Positions 42,222 to 42,906 of a DNA stretch of 42,906 bases are shown piece after piece; positions within the stretch are counted from its first letter, which is position 1, and each line of letters starts with the position of its first letter. The stretch lies in NCBI GenBank assembly GCA_002269645.1, contig NIVC01004534.1, forward strand, positions 1 to 42,906, given 5' to 3'. The translations under genes and the position numbers were made by a program. The DNA comes from Macrostomum lignano (Eukaryota). The notes under the pieces are model-generated. The model was not told the DNA's origin. It did not search any database and was given only the letters and a program-made list of their open reading frames with translations.

Positions 42222-42906
42222 GCCATCTATCTGAGTGCCACTATCTGACTGCCACTATCTGACTGCCACTATCTGACTGCCATCTATTGAGTGCCACTAT
42301 CTGACTGCCATCTATCTGAGGCCACTATCTGACTGCCACTATCTGACTGCCATCTATCTGAGTGCCACTATCTGACTGCCACTATCTGACTGCCACTATC
42401 TGACTGACATCTATCTGAGTGCCACTATCTGACTGCCACTATCTGACTGCCACTATCTGACTGCCATCTATCTGAGTGCCACTATCTGACTGCCATCTAT
42501 CTGAGTGCCACTATCTGACTGCCACTATCTGACTGCCACTATCTGACTGACACTATCTGGACTGCCATCTGACTGCCACTATCTGACTGCCACTATCTGA
42601 CTACCACTATCTGACTGCCATCTATCTGACTGCCACTATCTGACTGCCACTATCTGACTACCATCTGACTGACACTATATCTGACTGCCACTATCTGACT
42701 GCCACTATTTGACTGCCACTATCTGACTGCCACTATCTGACTGACACTATCTGACTGCCACTATCTGACTGCCACTATCTGACTGCCACTATCTGACTAC
42801 CATCTGACTGACACTAGTCTGACTGACTGACACTGATTGACACTGACTCTGACTATCTGACTGACACTGACTCTATCTGACTGCCACTATCTGACTGACA
42901 CTATCT
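42222..42906. repeat. 14-bp minisatellite CTATCTGACTGCCA with variants, running off the right edge
   Basis: Direct tandem copies. Confidence 0.96.

Overview
Repeat-rich animal genomic DNA in the standard code. A flatworm such as Macrostomum is my guess from the GC-rich exons and minisatellite-stuffed introns; this is inference only. The main feature is a complete non-muscle/smooth-type myosin II heavy chain gene on the minus strand. I mapped 21 coding exons (37121 to 7994) by GT-AG boundaries and phase; they join into an uninterrupted ORF of about 2010 aa. About 1.3 kb upstream on the same strand is an intronless cytosolic Hsp70 (40324 to 38411, EEVD end) with a TATA box and two perfect heat-shock elements, but with three single-base deletions in its CDS. 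The left end holds a frameshifted Penelope-like retroelement, a 5'-truncated RNase H-bearing LINE (R1/LOA-like) inserted into a minisatellite, and two candidate 3' exons of an unidentified plus-strand gene. Most myosin introns carry their own micro- or minisatellite, and one holds a 914-bp TTAA-flanked foldback element. Best leads: (1) a 5.8-kb U12-type (minor spliceosome) intron in the myosin motor domain; (2) an 18-nt in-frame microexon (VKAVNI) in myosin loop 1, next to the foldback element; (3) a 44-bp satellite with hammerhead-like motif order; (4) the Hsp70 frameshifts (pseudogene versus assembly error); (5) the LINE sitting inside a minisatellite that starts at a putative stop codon. 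No prokaryotic-type system, CRISPR array, tRNA or rRNA was found.
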